A stretch of DNA of 51,960 bases from Candidatus Fermentibacteraceae bacterium (GCA_041686025.1 JAWLEP010000014.1:11768-63727); one strand, 5' to 3'; positions 7,750-18,100 are shown, counted from the first letter of the stretch. Notes: generated by a model not told the origin, from the letters alone. Numbers and translations: made by a program.

Positions 7750-8769
7750 ATGCCTACGCTGAAGAGAATCAGTCTGCCCGGTCATGTGTACCACGTGTTC
7801 TCCCGCGCGGCGGAGGGGCGCCGCCTCTTCCGGGAGGAGAGGGAGCTGGTGGACCTGCTGGCCAGGATCGAGGCCGCCGCCACCGCCACCAGGGTAAACG
7901 TCTACGCTTGGGCGGTGACCCCCACGAGGCTCCACTTCCTGCTGCGCACCGGCCGCGAGCCGCTCACCCTCTTCGTCAGCCGGATCGTCTCCGGCTACGC
8001 CATCGCCACCAACCGCCGCCGGGGGGAGACGGGCTCGCTGTTCGCCGGCCGCTACCGCTCGGTGCTGGTGGAGGAGGAGCGCTACTTCATGGAGGTTCTG
8101 GGCTATGTACACACCCTGCCGCTGCAGGAGAGGCTGGTGCATACCCCCGAAGGCCTGGACGCCTACAGCTGGTCGGGCCACGCGGCGCTGCTGGGACGGA
8201 GGTCCTTCCCCTGGCAGGACACCGTCTACGTGCTGAACAAGTTCGCCGGCGACCTTCTGCAGGGAAGGAAGCTGTACGCCAAGTTCATCCGCGAAGCGGT
8301 GGGGCGGGGAGCGGTGCGCACCGACCTCAACGGCGGCGGCCTGCTGCGAAGCGCCAGCCTGGAGGGCCTGGGCATCTCTGCGGCCAATGTGAACGGCCAC
8401 GACCCCCGCACGCTGGGCAGCGCCCGCTTCACCCGGTCCCGGCTGCAGCGGTTCGAGGAGATGGAGGACTGGCCAGAGGAGGTGCGGAGGGCCAAGGCGG
8501 AGGCCCTGCAGCAGGTGGTGCAGCACGCGCTGGAGGTCTACGACCTGGACATGGCCCGGCTGCTCTCCCGCAGCAAGCGCAACGCGGTCTCGGACGCCCG
8601 GGGGCTGATCTGCTACGTGGCCTGCTTCGTGATCGGCCTTCCCTACTCCGCGCCCGCGGAGGCTCTGGGGATCTCCGCCTCCGGGGCCTACATGGCCGCC
8701 CGCCGGGGCCGCAGGCTGGCCGAATCCGACCCCGGCCTGCTCTCGGGGCTGGAGCTTCCCATAGGCTGA
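7750..8769 (+). CDS. REP-associated tyrosine transposase (RAYT, Y1/IS200-like) with C-terminal HTH; HuH motif degenerate
   Basis: PGHVYHVFSR, VYAWAVTPTRLHFLL (canonical MxNHxHLL), GSLFAGRYRSVLV, GYVHTLP (canonical YIHxNP), YSWSGH; C-terminal ARGLICY...AEALGIS DnaA-C-like HTH. Confidence 0.8.
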   Translation: MPTLKRISLPGHVYHVFSRAAEGRRLFREERELVDLLARIEAAATATRVNVYAWAVTPTRLHFLLRTGREPLTLFVSRIVSGYAIATNRRRGETGSLFAGRYRSVLVEEERYFMEVLGYVHTLPLQERLVHTPEGLDAYSWSGHAALLGRRSFPWQDTVYVLNKFAGDLLQGRKLYAKFIREAVGRGAVRTDLNGGGLLRSASLEGLGISAANVNGHDPRTLGSARFTRSRLQRFEEMEDWPEEVRRAKAEALQQVVQHALEVYDLDMARLLSRSKRNAVSDARGLICYVACFVIGLPYSAPAEALGISASGAYMAARRGRRLAESDPGLLSGLELPIG

Positions 8770-8797
8770 TACCCGCCGCCCTCCCCCCTTCACCGGC

Positions 8798-8858
8798 TTG
8801 GAGGGTGTTGACATCCCCGTATAATCAGGAATATTTCCTATCTGCTAACCATTCCTGA
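8798..8858 (+). promoter_or_regulatory. perR-kat promoter with a Fur/PerR-type operator
   Basis: TATAAT at 8820-8825 with TTGGAG 16 bp upstream (TTGACA also at 8808); dyad AGGAA-TAT-TTCCT at 8827-8839; TCAGGAAT/ATTCCTGA at 8825-8832 and 8851-8858. Confidence 0.55.
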
Positions 8859-8871
8859 CTGGGGAGGCGGT

Positions 8872-9330
8872 TTGGGCGAGCTCGAGAAGCTGCGGAGGGA
8901 GCTGCGGTCGGCCGGGCTGCGGATGACGCCCCAGCGGGTGGAGGTGTACCGGGAGATGATCCGCAGCGGCGGGCACCCCGGGGCGGCCGAGGTGCACGAG
9001 GGCGTCCGGAGGCGCCTTCCCTCCATTTCGCTGGACACCGTCTACAGGACGCTGTGGAAGCTTGTGGAGCTGGGGCTGCTGCGGCCCCTGGTGACCACCG
9101 GCGACCGCATCCGCTTCGATGCCGTCCTGGAGACCCATCACCACTTCGTCTGCACCAGGTGCGGGCGGACCATCGATTTCACCAGCAGCGAGCTGGACGG
9201 CCTGGATATTCCCGAGGCCGCACGCAGGCTGGGCTCCGTGCGGGACGCCCACGTGGAGGTCCGGGGGATATGCAACGGATGCGCCGGGGAGCGGAAAACA
9301 GAGAAGGGAGAACGGGATGAAGAAGGATGA
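8872..9330 (+). CDS. perR: Fur-family peroxide-responsive repressor (PerR-like)
   Basis: [34 protein letters not shown] and GICNGC; TTG start after GGAGG; overlaps catalase. Confidence 0.85.
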   Translation: MGELEKLRRELRSAGLRMTPQRVEVYREMIRSGGHPGAAEVHEGVRRRLPSISLDTVYRTLWKLVELGLLRPLVTTGDRIRFDAVLETHHHFVCTRCGRTIDFTSSELDGLDIPEAARRLGSVRDAHVEVRGICNGCAGERKTEKGERDEEG

Positions 9331-10834
9331 GAACGAGAGGTTCACCACCAACCACGGAAACGTGGTGGAGGACGACCTGACCTCGCAGACCGCCGGGGAG
9401 CGGGGCCCGGTGCTGATGCAGGACGTGCACCTGACCGAGAAGCTGGCCCACTTCAGCCGGGAGCGGATACCCGAGCGGGTGGTGCACGCCAAGGGGGCCG
9501 GTGCCTTCGGCTACTTCGAGGTCACCAACGACCTCTCGGAGCACACCTGCGCGAAGTTCCTCTCGGAGGTGGGCAAGCGGACCGAGGTCATCGCCCGGTT
9601 CTCCACCGTGGGCGGGGAGAAGGGCTCGGCGGACACCGAGCGAGACCCCCGCGGATTCGCGGTGAAGTTCTACACCGAGGACGGCAACTTCGACATGGTG
9701 GGAAACAACACGCCCGTGTTCTTCATCCGCGACGCCATGAAGTTCCCCGACTTCATCCACACCCAGAAGCGCGACCCGGAGACCAACCTGAAGGACCCGG
9801 ACATGTTCTGGGACTTCCTCTCCCTCACCCCGGAGTCCATCCACCAGGTGACCATCCTCTTCTCCGACCGGGGCACGCCCCGGGGCCACAGGCACATGAA
9901 CGGCTACGGCGGGCACGCCTACATGTGGTACAACGAAAAGGGTGACTACGTCTGGGTGAAGCTGCACTTCAAGACCGAACAGGGTATAGAGAACTTCACC
10001 GGACAGAGGGCGGAGGAGATGCGGGGGATCGACCCCGACTTCTCCACCCGCGACCTCTTCGAGGCCATCGAGGCCGGCGACTTCCCCTCCTGGAGCGTGG
10101 AGGCGCAGATCATGACGCCGCAGCAGGCCCGGGAGCTCCGGTTCAACCCCTTCGACGTCACCAAGGTGTGGCCGCACGGGGATTTCCCCATGATCCCCCT
10201 GGGCAGGATGGTCCTGGACCGCAACCCCGAGAACTACTTCGCCGACGTGGAGCAGGCGGCCTTCTCCCCCGGCAACCTGCCGGCGGGCATGGGCCCCTCC
10301 TACGACAAGATGTTCCAGGCCCGGATCTTCGCCTACCCCGACACCCACCGCCACCGGCTGGGGCCCAACTACCACCTGATCCCGGTGAACCGGCCCCGGG
10401 GGATGAAGGGCGTGCAGAACTACCAGCGCGACGGCGCCATGCGCACCGACGACAACGGCGGGGCCGGGCCCAACTACTGGCCCAACTCCTTCGGGGCCCC
10501 CGACCCCGACGGGTCGCGGCCGGTGCCGCCGGTGGACGTCCGGGGCACCGCCTGGCGGCACACGGTGGAGCTCGAGGACGCCGACTTCGTCCAGGCCGGG
10601 GACCTCTACCGCAAGGTGATGGACGACACCGCGCGGGAGCACCTGGTAGCCAACATCGTGGGCCACCTGGGAGGCGCCGTGGAGCGGATACAGCTGCGGC
10701 AGGCGGCGCTGTTCTGGAAGGCGGACGAGGACTACGGCCGGCGGGTGGCCGAGGGACTGGGCCTGGACGTCGACCGGGTCGGGCAGCTGGCGGCCATGGG
10801 TCCCGGGGAGAGGGCGGAGGCCACCGCCGAGTAG
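9317..10834 (+). CDS. katA: Monofunctional heme catalase
   Basis: [13 protein letters not shown] (distal His), [21 protein letters not shown] and RIFAYPDTH (proximal Tyr); 505 aa from ATG 9317. Confidence 0.95.
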   Translation: MKKDENERFTTNHGNVVEDDLTSQTAGERGPVLMQDVHLTEKLAHFSRERIPERVVHAKGAGAFGYFEVTNDLSEHTCAKFLSEVGKRTEVIARFSTVGGEKGSADTERDPRGFAVKFYTEDGNFDMVGNNTPVFFIRDAMKFPDFIHTQKRDPETNLKDPDMFWDFLSLTPESIHQVTILFSDRGTPRGHRHMNGYGGHAYMWYNEKGDYVWVKLHFKTEQGIENFTGQRAEEMRGIDPDFSTRDLFEAIEAGDFPSWSVEAQIMTPQQARELRFNPFDVTKVWPHGDFPMIPLGRMVLDRNPENYFADVEQAAFSPGNLPAGMGPSYDKMFQARIFAYPDTHRHRLGPNYHLIPVNRPRGMKGVQNYQRDGAMRTDDNGGAGPNYWPNSFGAPDPDGSRPVPPVDVRGTAWRHTVELEDADFVQAGDLYRKVMDDTAREHLVANIVGHLGGAVERIQLRQAALFWKADEDYGRRVAEGLGLDVDRVGQLAAMGPGERAEATAE

Positions 10835-10988
10835 ACCCGGACCGGCAGACCTCGCCTCCCGGCCGGTGCATGTTCGGCGCATCCTGAGCCGAAGGACGTC
10901 TCCGGATCAGGGCACATGGCCCGTATCCGACTGCCGGGCAGGCCCATCCAGACAGATCCCCGTGCGTGCGGCGGGGGCGCGGGTTCTG

Positions 10989-11017
10989 TTGACCTCCCCG
11001 AGCCTCCTGCGTATTAT
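10989..11017 (+). promoter_or_regulatory. Sigma70-type promoter
   Basis: TTGACC-N17-TATTAT. Confidence 0.65.
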
Positions 11018-11035
11018 GCGGTCCGGTCGCAGGTT

Positions 11036-11125
11036 ATGCCTGCGCAGATGATGTCTGTGCAGGCTGTGCCTGCACAGATTGTGTCTGCACAGATAACGCC
11101 TGTGCCAGTGGTTCCTGCAGGGGGC
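11036..11125 (+). repeat. Degenerate 15-bp tandem repeat (~6 units) within a 34-codon ORF (11036-11140)
   Basis: ATGCCTGCGCAGATG ATGTCTGTGCAGGCT GTGCCTGCACAGATT GTGTCTGCACAGATA ACGCCTGTGCCAGTG GTTCCTGCAGGGGGC. Confidence 0.75.
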
Positions 11126-11169
11126 TCAGCGGGAGCTTGAGGGCAGATCCGGAACTCGGAGTGTATGGG

Positions 11170-12456
11170 ATGATGCGAAGAATCTCCGGAGCCATCATTG
11201 CGCTGTGGCTGCTGCTCCTGGCAGGATGCGGAGGGACGAATCCGCCCAACATCGTCCTCGTGATCATCGATACGCTCAGGGCCGATCACCTGGGGTGCTA
11301 CGGGTACTCCCGGGACACCAGCCCCGCCATCGACAGCCTGGCCGCCACGGGCATCGTGTTCACGAACGTGCAGGGGCAGTCCCCCTGGACCCTCCCGGCA
11401 GTGACCAGCATCTTCACCGGCCTTAGCGTCAGGGAGCACGGCGCCGGGCGCAGGGGGAACAACGTCTACGCCATGAGCCGGGACCTCCAGACCCTTCCTC
11501 TTCTGCTGAAGAGACGGGATTACGGCACCGCCGGGATCTTCAACGTCTTCCTCCTCTCCGAGCAGTTCGGCTTCCACCTGGGATTCGACAGCTTCTCCTG
11601 CGAATGGCTCGGCGACGGCCGGGCGGGTCTGGCGGTGGACGAGGCTATCGAGTGGCTCTCCGGATACGAGGACTCGGATCCCTTCTTCCTCTGCCTGCAC
11701 ATCTTCGACCCCCACGATCCCTACGATCCACCCCCGCCCTACGATGAGTACTTCACTCCCTCCGGCAGCCGCGGGATCACCTGGTGGCCGGCGCTTCCGG
11801 ATGGCGGGCTGGACGATTCCGAGGAGAACCTCGAACACCTGGTGGGCCTCTACGACGGGGAAATCGCCTGGACGGACGCTCAGCTGGCGCGGCTCTTCGG
11901 GCATCTGCGGTCGTCGGGCCTGGAGGAGAACACGGTGGTCATGATCGTCGCGGATCACGGGGAGGAGTTCCTGGAGCACGGGGGCGTGGGGCACGGGTAC
12001 ACCATGCACCGGGAGATCCTTCATGTCCCGCTGATCCTAGCCGGGCCGGGGATTCCGGCGGATTCGGCCGATGGCTCCCTCCGGAGTCAGATGGACATCG
12101 TTCCCACGCTGCTGCAGATCGCCGCAATCGAGGTGCCCGAACACGTCCGGGGACACTCCCTGCTCTCCGCCGACATCCCTCCCCGGGCGGTGCCGGCCAG
12201 CAACCTGAACAGCCTGATCCCGGACCTGACCGCCGCCGTCACCGTGCCGGACAGGAAGCTCATCTGGAACGTCGAGGACGACACGTCCTCCATGTACGAC
12301 ATCGCCTCGGATCCGTTCGAACAGGAGCCGCTCCCGCCGGACAGCGACCTCGTGGACTCGGTGCTCCATTACTGGAGCACTCCGGAGGTCCTGCCGGCGG
12401 AGCTGGCCGACCGGGAGGCCGTGGAGGCCGTCCTGCAGGATCTGGGGTACTTCTAG
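11170..12456 (+). CDS. Sulfatase-like (alkaline phosphatase superfamily) lipoprotein
   Basis: Lipobox LLAGC; PNIVLVIIDTLRADHLGCYGY, SPWTLPAVTSIFTG, DPHDPY, YDGEI, ADHGEEFLEHG. Confidence 0.85.
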   Translation: MMRRISGAIIALWLLLLAGCGGTNPPNIVLVIIDTLRADHLGCYGYSRDTSPAIDSLAATGIVFTNVQGQSPWTLPAVTSIFTGLSVREHGAGRRGNNVYAMSRDLQTLPLLLKRRDYGTAGIFNVFLLSEQFGFHLGFDSFSCEWLGDGRAGLAVDEAIEWLSGYEDSDPFFLCLHIFDPHDPYDPPPPYDEYFTPSGSRGITWWPALPDGGLDDSEENLEHLVGLYDGEIAWTDAQLARLFGHLRSSGLEENTVVMIVADHGEEFLEHGGVGHGYTMHREILHVPLILAGPGIPADSADGSLRSQMDIVPTLLQIAAIEVPEHVRGHSLLSADIPPRAVPASNLNSLIPDLTAAVTVPDRKLIWNVEDDTSSMYDIASDPFEQEPLPPDSDLVDSVLHYWSTPEVLPAELADREAVEAVLQDLGYF

Positions 12457-12466
12457 GGGGCTCGCC

Positions 12467-12496
12467 CCCGCCCGCCGGCGTATCCCCGCGGGCGGG
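12467..12496. terminator. GC-rich hairpin between the convergent sulfatase and valS genes
   Basis: 9-bp stem CCCGCCCGC/GCGGGCGGG; no U-tract. Confidence 0.4.
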
Positions 12497-12504
12497 CCGG
12501 GAGG

Positions 12505-14916
12505 TCAGCCCTCCGCCGGCCCCTCCACCTCCGTGGCCAGCTCGCCGCCCTCGGCCCAGGCGATGGACTCCGCGCGGGTTACTGCCAGCAGGTCCGGCTC
12601 GAACTCCCGCAGGGCCTCCAGGAGGTCGCTGGGGGCGGTGACCCTGAGGCCTGCGAGCGGCGTGCCCATGCCCAGCTTGTTCTCGGACTTGTAGCGGCGG
12701 GCCTCCTCTACTATCTCCAGGGCCCGCTGGCCGTGGTCCAGGGCCCACCCGTCGGCGTAGTCGTCGGCGGGCCAGGGGGCCAGGTGGACGCTTCTGTGGC
12801 CCTCGTAGTCGCGGAATATGGCCTGGTAGAGCTCCTCGGTAACGTGGACCAGCACCGGGGCGAACAGCCTCAGCGACCCGTACAGGGCCCGGTAGAGGGC
12901 GTGCTGCGCCGGCCGGCGGGCCTCCTCGTCGTCGCCGTAGAGGCGGCCCTTGGCGATCTCCAGGTAGTTGTCGCAGAGGTCGTGCCAGAAGAAGTCCTCG
13001 CACTCCCGGACGCAGGTGGAGTACTCGTAGTCTTCCATGCCCTCGGACGCCCTCTCTATCACCCGGGTCAGGCGGCTGAGTATCCAGCGGTCGAAGGGCC
13101 GCAGCTCCACCTCGGCGGCCGGGTCGTAGCCCTCCAGCCGGGAGGAGGCGAATCGGGTGGCGTTGAAGAGCTTGGTTACCAGCCTGCGGCCGTCCCCCAG
13201 CACCTCGGGGCTGAAGAGGACGTCGTTGCCCAGCCTGCTGCTGCAGGCCCAGTAGCGCAGCTCGTCGGCCGAGTACTGCTGTAGGGCCAGCAGCGGGTCT
13301 CCGGCCACGTTGCCCTTGCTCTTGGACATCTTCTCCCGGGAGGGGTTCAGGGCGTGGCCGCTCACCATCAGGTGCTCCCAGGGAACGCTGTCGGTGTGCA
13401 GGTGCGACTTCACCACGGTGTAGAAGGCCCACGTCCTGATGATGTCGTGGGCCTGGGGACGCATGGACATGGGGATCAGGCCCTCCCGCTGGTCCTCCTC
13501 CCCCCACTTGGCGTTTATCAGGGGGGTAAGCGAGCTGGTCATCCAGGTGTCCATCACGTCGGCCTCCGGGCGGAACTCCTCCCCGCCGCACTCCGGGCAG
13601 GGCCTTCCGGGGCCGGTCTCGGTGGGGTCCACCGGCAGGTCCTCCTCGGCCGCCGTCACCGGCTCCCCGCAGCCCTCGCAGAACCAGACCGGGAAGGGCA
13701 CGCCGTAGAAGCGCTGCCGGCTGATGCACCAGTCCCACTTGAGGTTCTCCACCCAGTGGCGGAAGCGGACGGCGAAGTAGTCGGGGTGCCAGCTCACCTC
13801 GTCGCAGCGGGCCAGGAGCTGGTCGCGGATGTCCAGCACCCGGATGAACCACTGGCGGTTCACCAGGTACTCCAGGGGGGTGCCGCAGCGCTCGTGGGCG
13901 TTCACCGTGTGCTCTATGTCCTCGCTTCCCTGCAGGAAGCCCTTGTCCCGGAGGTCCTCCACCATCTCCCGGCGGGCCTTCTTCACGTACATCCCCTGGT
14001 AGGGCCCGGCCAGCTCGTTCATGTGGCCGCGGCGGTCGAGGGCTATGCGCAGGTCGAGGCCGTACTCGCGCCACCACTCTATGTCGGTGGTGTCTCCGAA
14101 GGTGCAGCACATGACTATGCCGCTGCCCTTGTCCATGGCCACCTTCCGGTCGGCCCGGATCTCCACCTGGTGGCCGAACAGGGGCACCACCGCCTTCCTG
14201 CCCACCAGGCTTGCGTGGCGGGGGTCGTCGGGATGGACGAAGATGGAGACGCAGGCCGGCAGCAGCTCCGGGCGGGTGGTGGCTATGGTCAGCGCGCCGT
14301 CGCCGTCGGCGAGGGGGAAGGAGAGGTCGTGGAAGCGGGAGGGCTTCTCGCTGTCCTCGGTCTCCGCCTGGGCCACCGCCGTCTGGCACTCGGGGCACCA
14401 CAGCGTGGGCGCCTCCCGGTGGTAGATCCTGCCGTCCTCACGCAGCCGCAGGAACGACCGCTGGGCTATCCTCTGCACCCAGGGGTCGATGGTGGTGTAG
14501 AGCAGTGTCCAGTCGCAGGAGAAGCCGAAGCGGGTCCAGAGGTCGCGGAACTGCTCCTCCGCCCCCTTGGTCACCTCCAGGCAGAGCTTCACGAACTCGC
14601 TGCGGGGCATGTCCTGGGCCCTTACCTTCTTCTGCTTCTCGGTGAAGCGCTCGCTGGGCAGGCCGTTGTCGTCGAAGCAGAAGGGGTAGAAGACCTCCTG
14701 GCCCAGCATCCGGTGGTAGCGGGCCACCGCCTCGGCCTGTACGTAGCTGAACACGTGCCCCATGTGGATGGCGCCCGATACGGTGGGGGGCGGGGTGTCT
14801 ATGGTGTAGAGGGGCTTGCCGGAGTCGGGGTCGAAGCGGTAGATGCCCTCCTCCTCCCAGTACCTCTGCCACCTGGGCTCGGAGTCTCTCGCCTTGTACC
14901 GCCTGGGTAGGGCCAC
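12505..14916 (-). CDS. valS: Valine--tRNA ligase (short, type 2/archaeal-like form)
   Basis: DTPPPTVSGAIHMGH (HIGH), TTRPEL, WCISRQR, KMSKSKGN; 803 aa; GTG start after GAAGGAAAGG. Confidence 0.95.
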   Translation of the reverse strand: MALPRRYKARDSEPRWQRYWEEEGIYRFDPDSGKPLYTIDTPPPTVSGAIHMGHVFSYVQAEAVARYHRMLGQEVFYPFCFDDNGLPSERFTEKQKKVRAQDMPRSEFVKLCLEVTKGAEEQFRDLWTRFGFSCDWTLLYTTIDPWVQRIAQRSFLRLREDGRIYHREAPTLWCPECQTAVAQAETEDSEKPSRFHDLSFPLADGDGALTIATTRPELLPACVSIFVHPDDPRHASLVGRKAVVPLFGHQVEIRADRKVAMDKGSGIVMCCTFGDTTDIEWWREYGLDLRIALDRRGHMNELAGPYQGMYVKKARREMVEDLRDKGFLQGSEDIEHTVNAHERCGTPLEYLVNRQWFIRVLDIRDQLLARCDEVSWHPDYFAVRFRHWVENLKWDWCISRQRFYGVPFPVWFCEGCGEPVTAAEEDLPVDPTETGPGRPCPECGGEEFRPEADVMDTWMTSSLTPLINAKWGEEDQREGLIPMSMRPQAHDIIRTWAFYTVVKSHLHTDSVPWEHLMVSGHALNPSREKMSKSKGNVAGDPLLALQQYSADELRYWACSSRLGNDVLFSPEVLGDGRRLVTKLFNATRFASSRLEGYDPAAEVELRPFDRWILSRLTRVIERASEGMEDYEYSTCVRECEDFFWHDLCDNYLEIAKGRLYGDDEEARRPAQHALYRALYGSLRLFAPVLVHVTEELYQAIFRDYEGHRSVHLAPWPADDYADGWALDHGQRALEIVEEARRYKSENKLGMGTPLAGLRVTAPSDLLEALREFEPDLLAVTRAESIAWAEGGELATEVEGPAEG

Positions 14917-15078
14917 TGGCTGTCCTTTCCTTCGGTCCCCCGGCCGCCGGCCGGCGGCGGCGCTGCTGCGTCTCTCCCGCCGCCGGGTCCGGCGCGGCGG
15001 CGGCCCCGAAGACCGCGGCCCCGGGGGACGGGCTGCGGCATCTTACGGGCATGTTGGCGGAATGGTTTTCGGGCGAGT

Positions 15079-15107
15079 AAGATAACCTCAGCGTACAGGC
15101 CGCACAA
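15079..15107 (-). promoter_or_regulatory. Probable valS promoter
   Basis: Minus-strand TTGTGC-N17-TATCTT, giving a ~155-nt leader. Confidence 0.45.
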
Positions 15108-15160
15108 GTCTCACCGGGGCGTTGACCGGGGCAGTGTAGGGAGCGAATGTTGCAGCTACC

Positions 15161-18100
15161 ATGAAGATCAATAGAATCAACGGCCGTTACACCGTTAAGT
15201 CCAGGCTCGCCAGGAGGAACAACCACCAGGAGCTGCTGGCGGCCGACTCCGCCAGCGCCTCCCGCCTCTGCGTCATCGCCCTCTACCTCGGCGAAGAGGA
15301 AGGGGCCGAGGACGCCTTCGAGAGATACAACCGACTGCGCAGCATAGTCTGTCCCGCGCTTATCCGGCCCCTGGAGCTGCACCGTGTGCTCTCCATCGAC
15401 GGGCGGGCCTTGGAGGGCGGGGGCTGGCTCTACACGCGGCCATACGTTCCGGGAGGCACGCTGGAGCACGGTCTCAGCGACCTGACTCCCGACCTGCTGC
15501 TGCAGTACCTGGAGGCGGACCTGTACCTCTCGCGGGCCGGTTACGGGCTGGGAAGGGTGCCCCTGGACGCCCTCATAGCCGAGGAGGGCCGCCCGCGGCT
15601 GAGGGTCTGTGAGATCTCCGGGGAGGACCTCAGCGGCCTGATGGAGAGACTGGCGGAGATGGTGGCGGCCAACGCCGAGGCCGGAGGAAGCCTCAGTGAG
15701 CTGCAGGCCCTTGTCTCCAGCGGGCAGACCTCCCGGCGGGAGCACGTCATGAAGTACCTGACGGAGACCTTCAATGTGAGGCCGGCAGTCAGCTTCGCGG
15801 AGTACCTGCCGTCGCGTCTGCTGGGCTACCACCGACAGCTGATGCGGGCCTCCACGTGCTTCATGCGCACTTCTGACGATCCCCCCGTCGTGGTCCTCCG
15901 CGAGGGGCAGGGGCATCACGTGGCCGGGATGCTGTACGACCTGCTGGCCCGGGCAGAGGCTCGGGGGTGGCACTACCTGCTTCTGGGCAATGCCGGGGTG
16001 GAGGACCTGGGGGACTTCATCCGAAGAAGGCTCTCGGAGCTGCTGGGGAGCTGGGAGGTGTTCGCAGGGGCCATCTCGGAGACCAGGGGAGCTGCGCAGA
16101 TGCTGGCCCGCTGCGGGGGGGTCCATCCAGTCTGCCTCTGCATGGCCCTGCATCCCCGCCAGCAGGAGCAGGTGCCCGAGCTGGTGCAGTCGCTCCGCAG
16201 AGAGGGCGCCGGGGACAGCGTTGCCCTCGTGATCCGCCTGACATCCGATGTGCTCCCGGGACGGGTCGATCTTCCGGGGACGACCATCAGACTCGACGGC
16301 CGCAGGTCTCCTGAGCCGGCCGAGCTGGCGGGCGACCTGCTGGGTACGGACGATGTTCCTCCGGGTCTGGCGGTGACGCTCCAGCGCTTCGGAGTCACCG
16401 AGCCCGAGAACCTGCTGTCGTCCATCAGGTCCCTGACCTACCGAAGGCTGCTCTGGCGGGACGGGGCGGAATGGCGGTTCGCCGTGAGCGCCGAGACGGC
16501 CGAAGCGATGCCGGTAGACTCCGGAATCAAGCTCTCCTCCATAATCCGCCTGGAGGGCCTGGGGAGAAGGGCGCTGGCCCTGCTGGTGCACGCCCGGGAG
16601 CCTCTGAGAACCAGGCTGATGGCCCACACCGTGGACGCGGACCCCTCCGAGACCGAGGAGGCTCTACAGAGAATGGAGAAGGAAGGGCTGGTCCGGCAGG
16701 CCGTCATGCGCCGCAAGAGGTTCTGGTGCGCGGTGGAGGGCATCCCCCTGGAGCTCTTGCTGCCCGATGGGGATCCGGACCGGATGTGGAACGACCGCCT
16801 GATCCGCTTCGTCCTGAGCCATCCCTCCCCCGGGCTCTCCGAGCTGCTGGCCGCAATCAGCCTCTGCGAAGACGATTCCGGAGCCCGGGCCAACCTCCTC
16901 TACGACACCTTCCTCATCGCCGGGGAGGCACGGGACAGCGAGCTGATCGGCAGGCTGCTCCCCCAGATCATGGAGCTGCCCACGGACAGCCTCTCGGCCA
17001 ATCAGATCCGGAACGTCCTGGAGATGACTGAGCCCAGGAACCTGCCGGGGCTGGACGTGGGCCGAACCCGGGAGGTCCTCTCGGGCTGGAGGGAGATGCT
17101 CACCCAGGGCGAGGGTCGGATACTGGCCGACGTCAGACTCGCCGAGCTGGACATCATGGAGGGCGAAGAGACCGAGGCCATGCGCCGTATGGAGCATGCG
17201 GTGGAGGAGACCATCGGGTCCGGAGGCGACGCCGGCAGGCTGGGCCTCTGTCTCGGCGTGCTATCGGAGATGCAGCCCCGGGCCGGATCTATGGAGTCGG
17301 AGCTGGAGATCATAAGACGGGCCATGAAGGCCGTGCCCGGTGATGCCTCTCCGGCCGAGAAGACCGTAGCCCTGTCCCGGGGGGCGCTGGCATTGTCGGT
17401 GCGGGGCAGGTCGGATGACGCGGCCAAGCTGCTGGCGGGGGCGGAGTCCCTGACGGGTGCGGCCGGCCCCGACGCCAAGCAGGTGTGGGAGTGGTGCCGG
17501 GGCAGGGTTATGCTGGACCTGGGCCTCATCAAGTCCGCCGTGGAGGCTCTGGAGAAGGCCCTGCTGCTGGCCGAGAATCGGGGTGACCGCAGCTCCGTGG
17601 CCAAGATTCTCGACCTGACGGCCACCTGCCAGGAGCGGCTTCCGGGCTACACTCTCCGGGGCATTGTGGACAGGATCGAGGGGATAATCACCCCGGGGTA
17701 CGGGGCCGACTCCGGCGTTTACCGTTTCCACAGCCTCTCCCGGCTGTATGCCCTCCACCTGCGCTTGCTGCGGCCGGACAGGGCGGAGGCAGTCCTGAGG
17801 GACCTGGAGAGCATGGACCGGCTACCCGAGGAGCCCCAGAGCCGGGGTCTGCTGGAGTGGTTCAGGGCCTTCTGGGCCTACCAGACCGGTGAAAGACCGG
17901 TGCCGGATGGCGGCGACCTGCTGCTGCCGGGGACCACCCGGCTGCTGCAGGCCCTGGCGGATGGAGCGGAGTCGGAGGCCGAGGCCCTGGCGGTAGCCGA
18001 CGTGGTAAGGGACAGCTCCAACATGGATGTGATCGTTCTGGGGCTCTACCTGGCCCTGGAGACGGCGGCCCACGGCCGCCGGAACGCCGCGAAGCAGATA

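Noticed and set aside
11036..11125. Short repeats as a CRISPR array
   Set aside because: The units are 15 bp, contiguous and degenerate, with no spacers and no cas genes in the window.
14920..15075. T-box riboswitch upstream of valS
   Set aside because: No T-box consensus, specifier-loop motifs or U-tailed terminator are visible; kept only as an unclassified structured leader.
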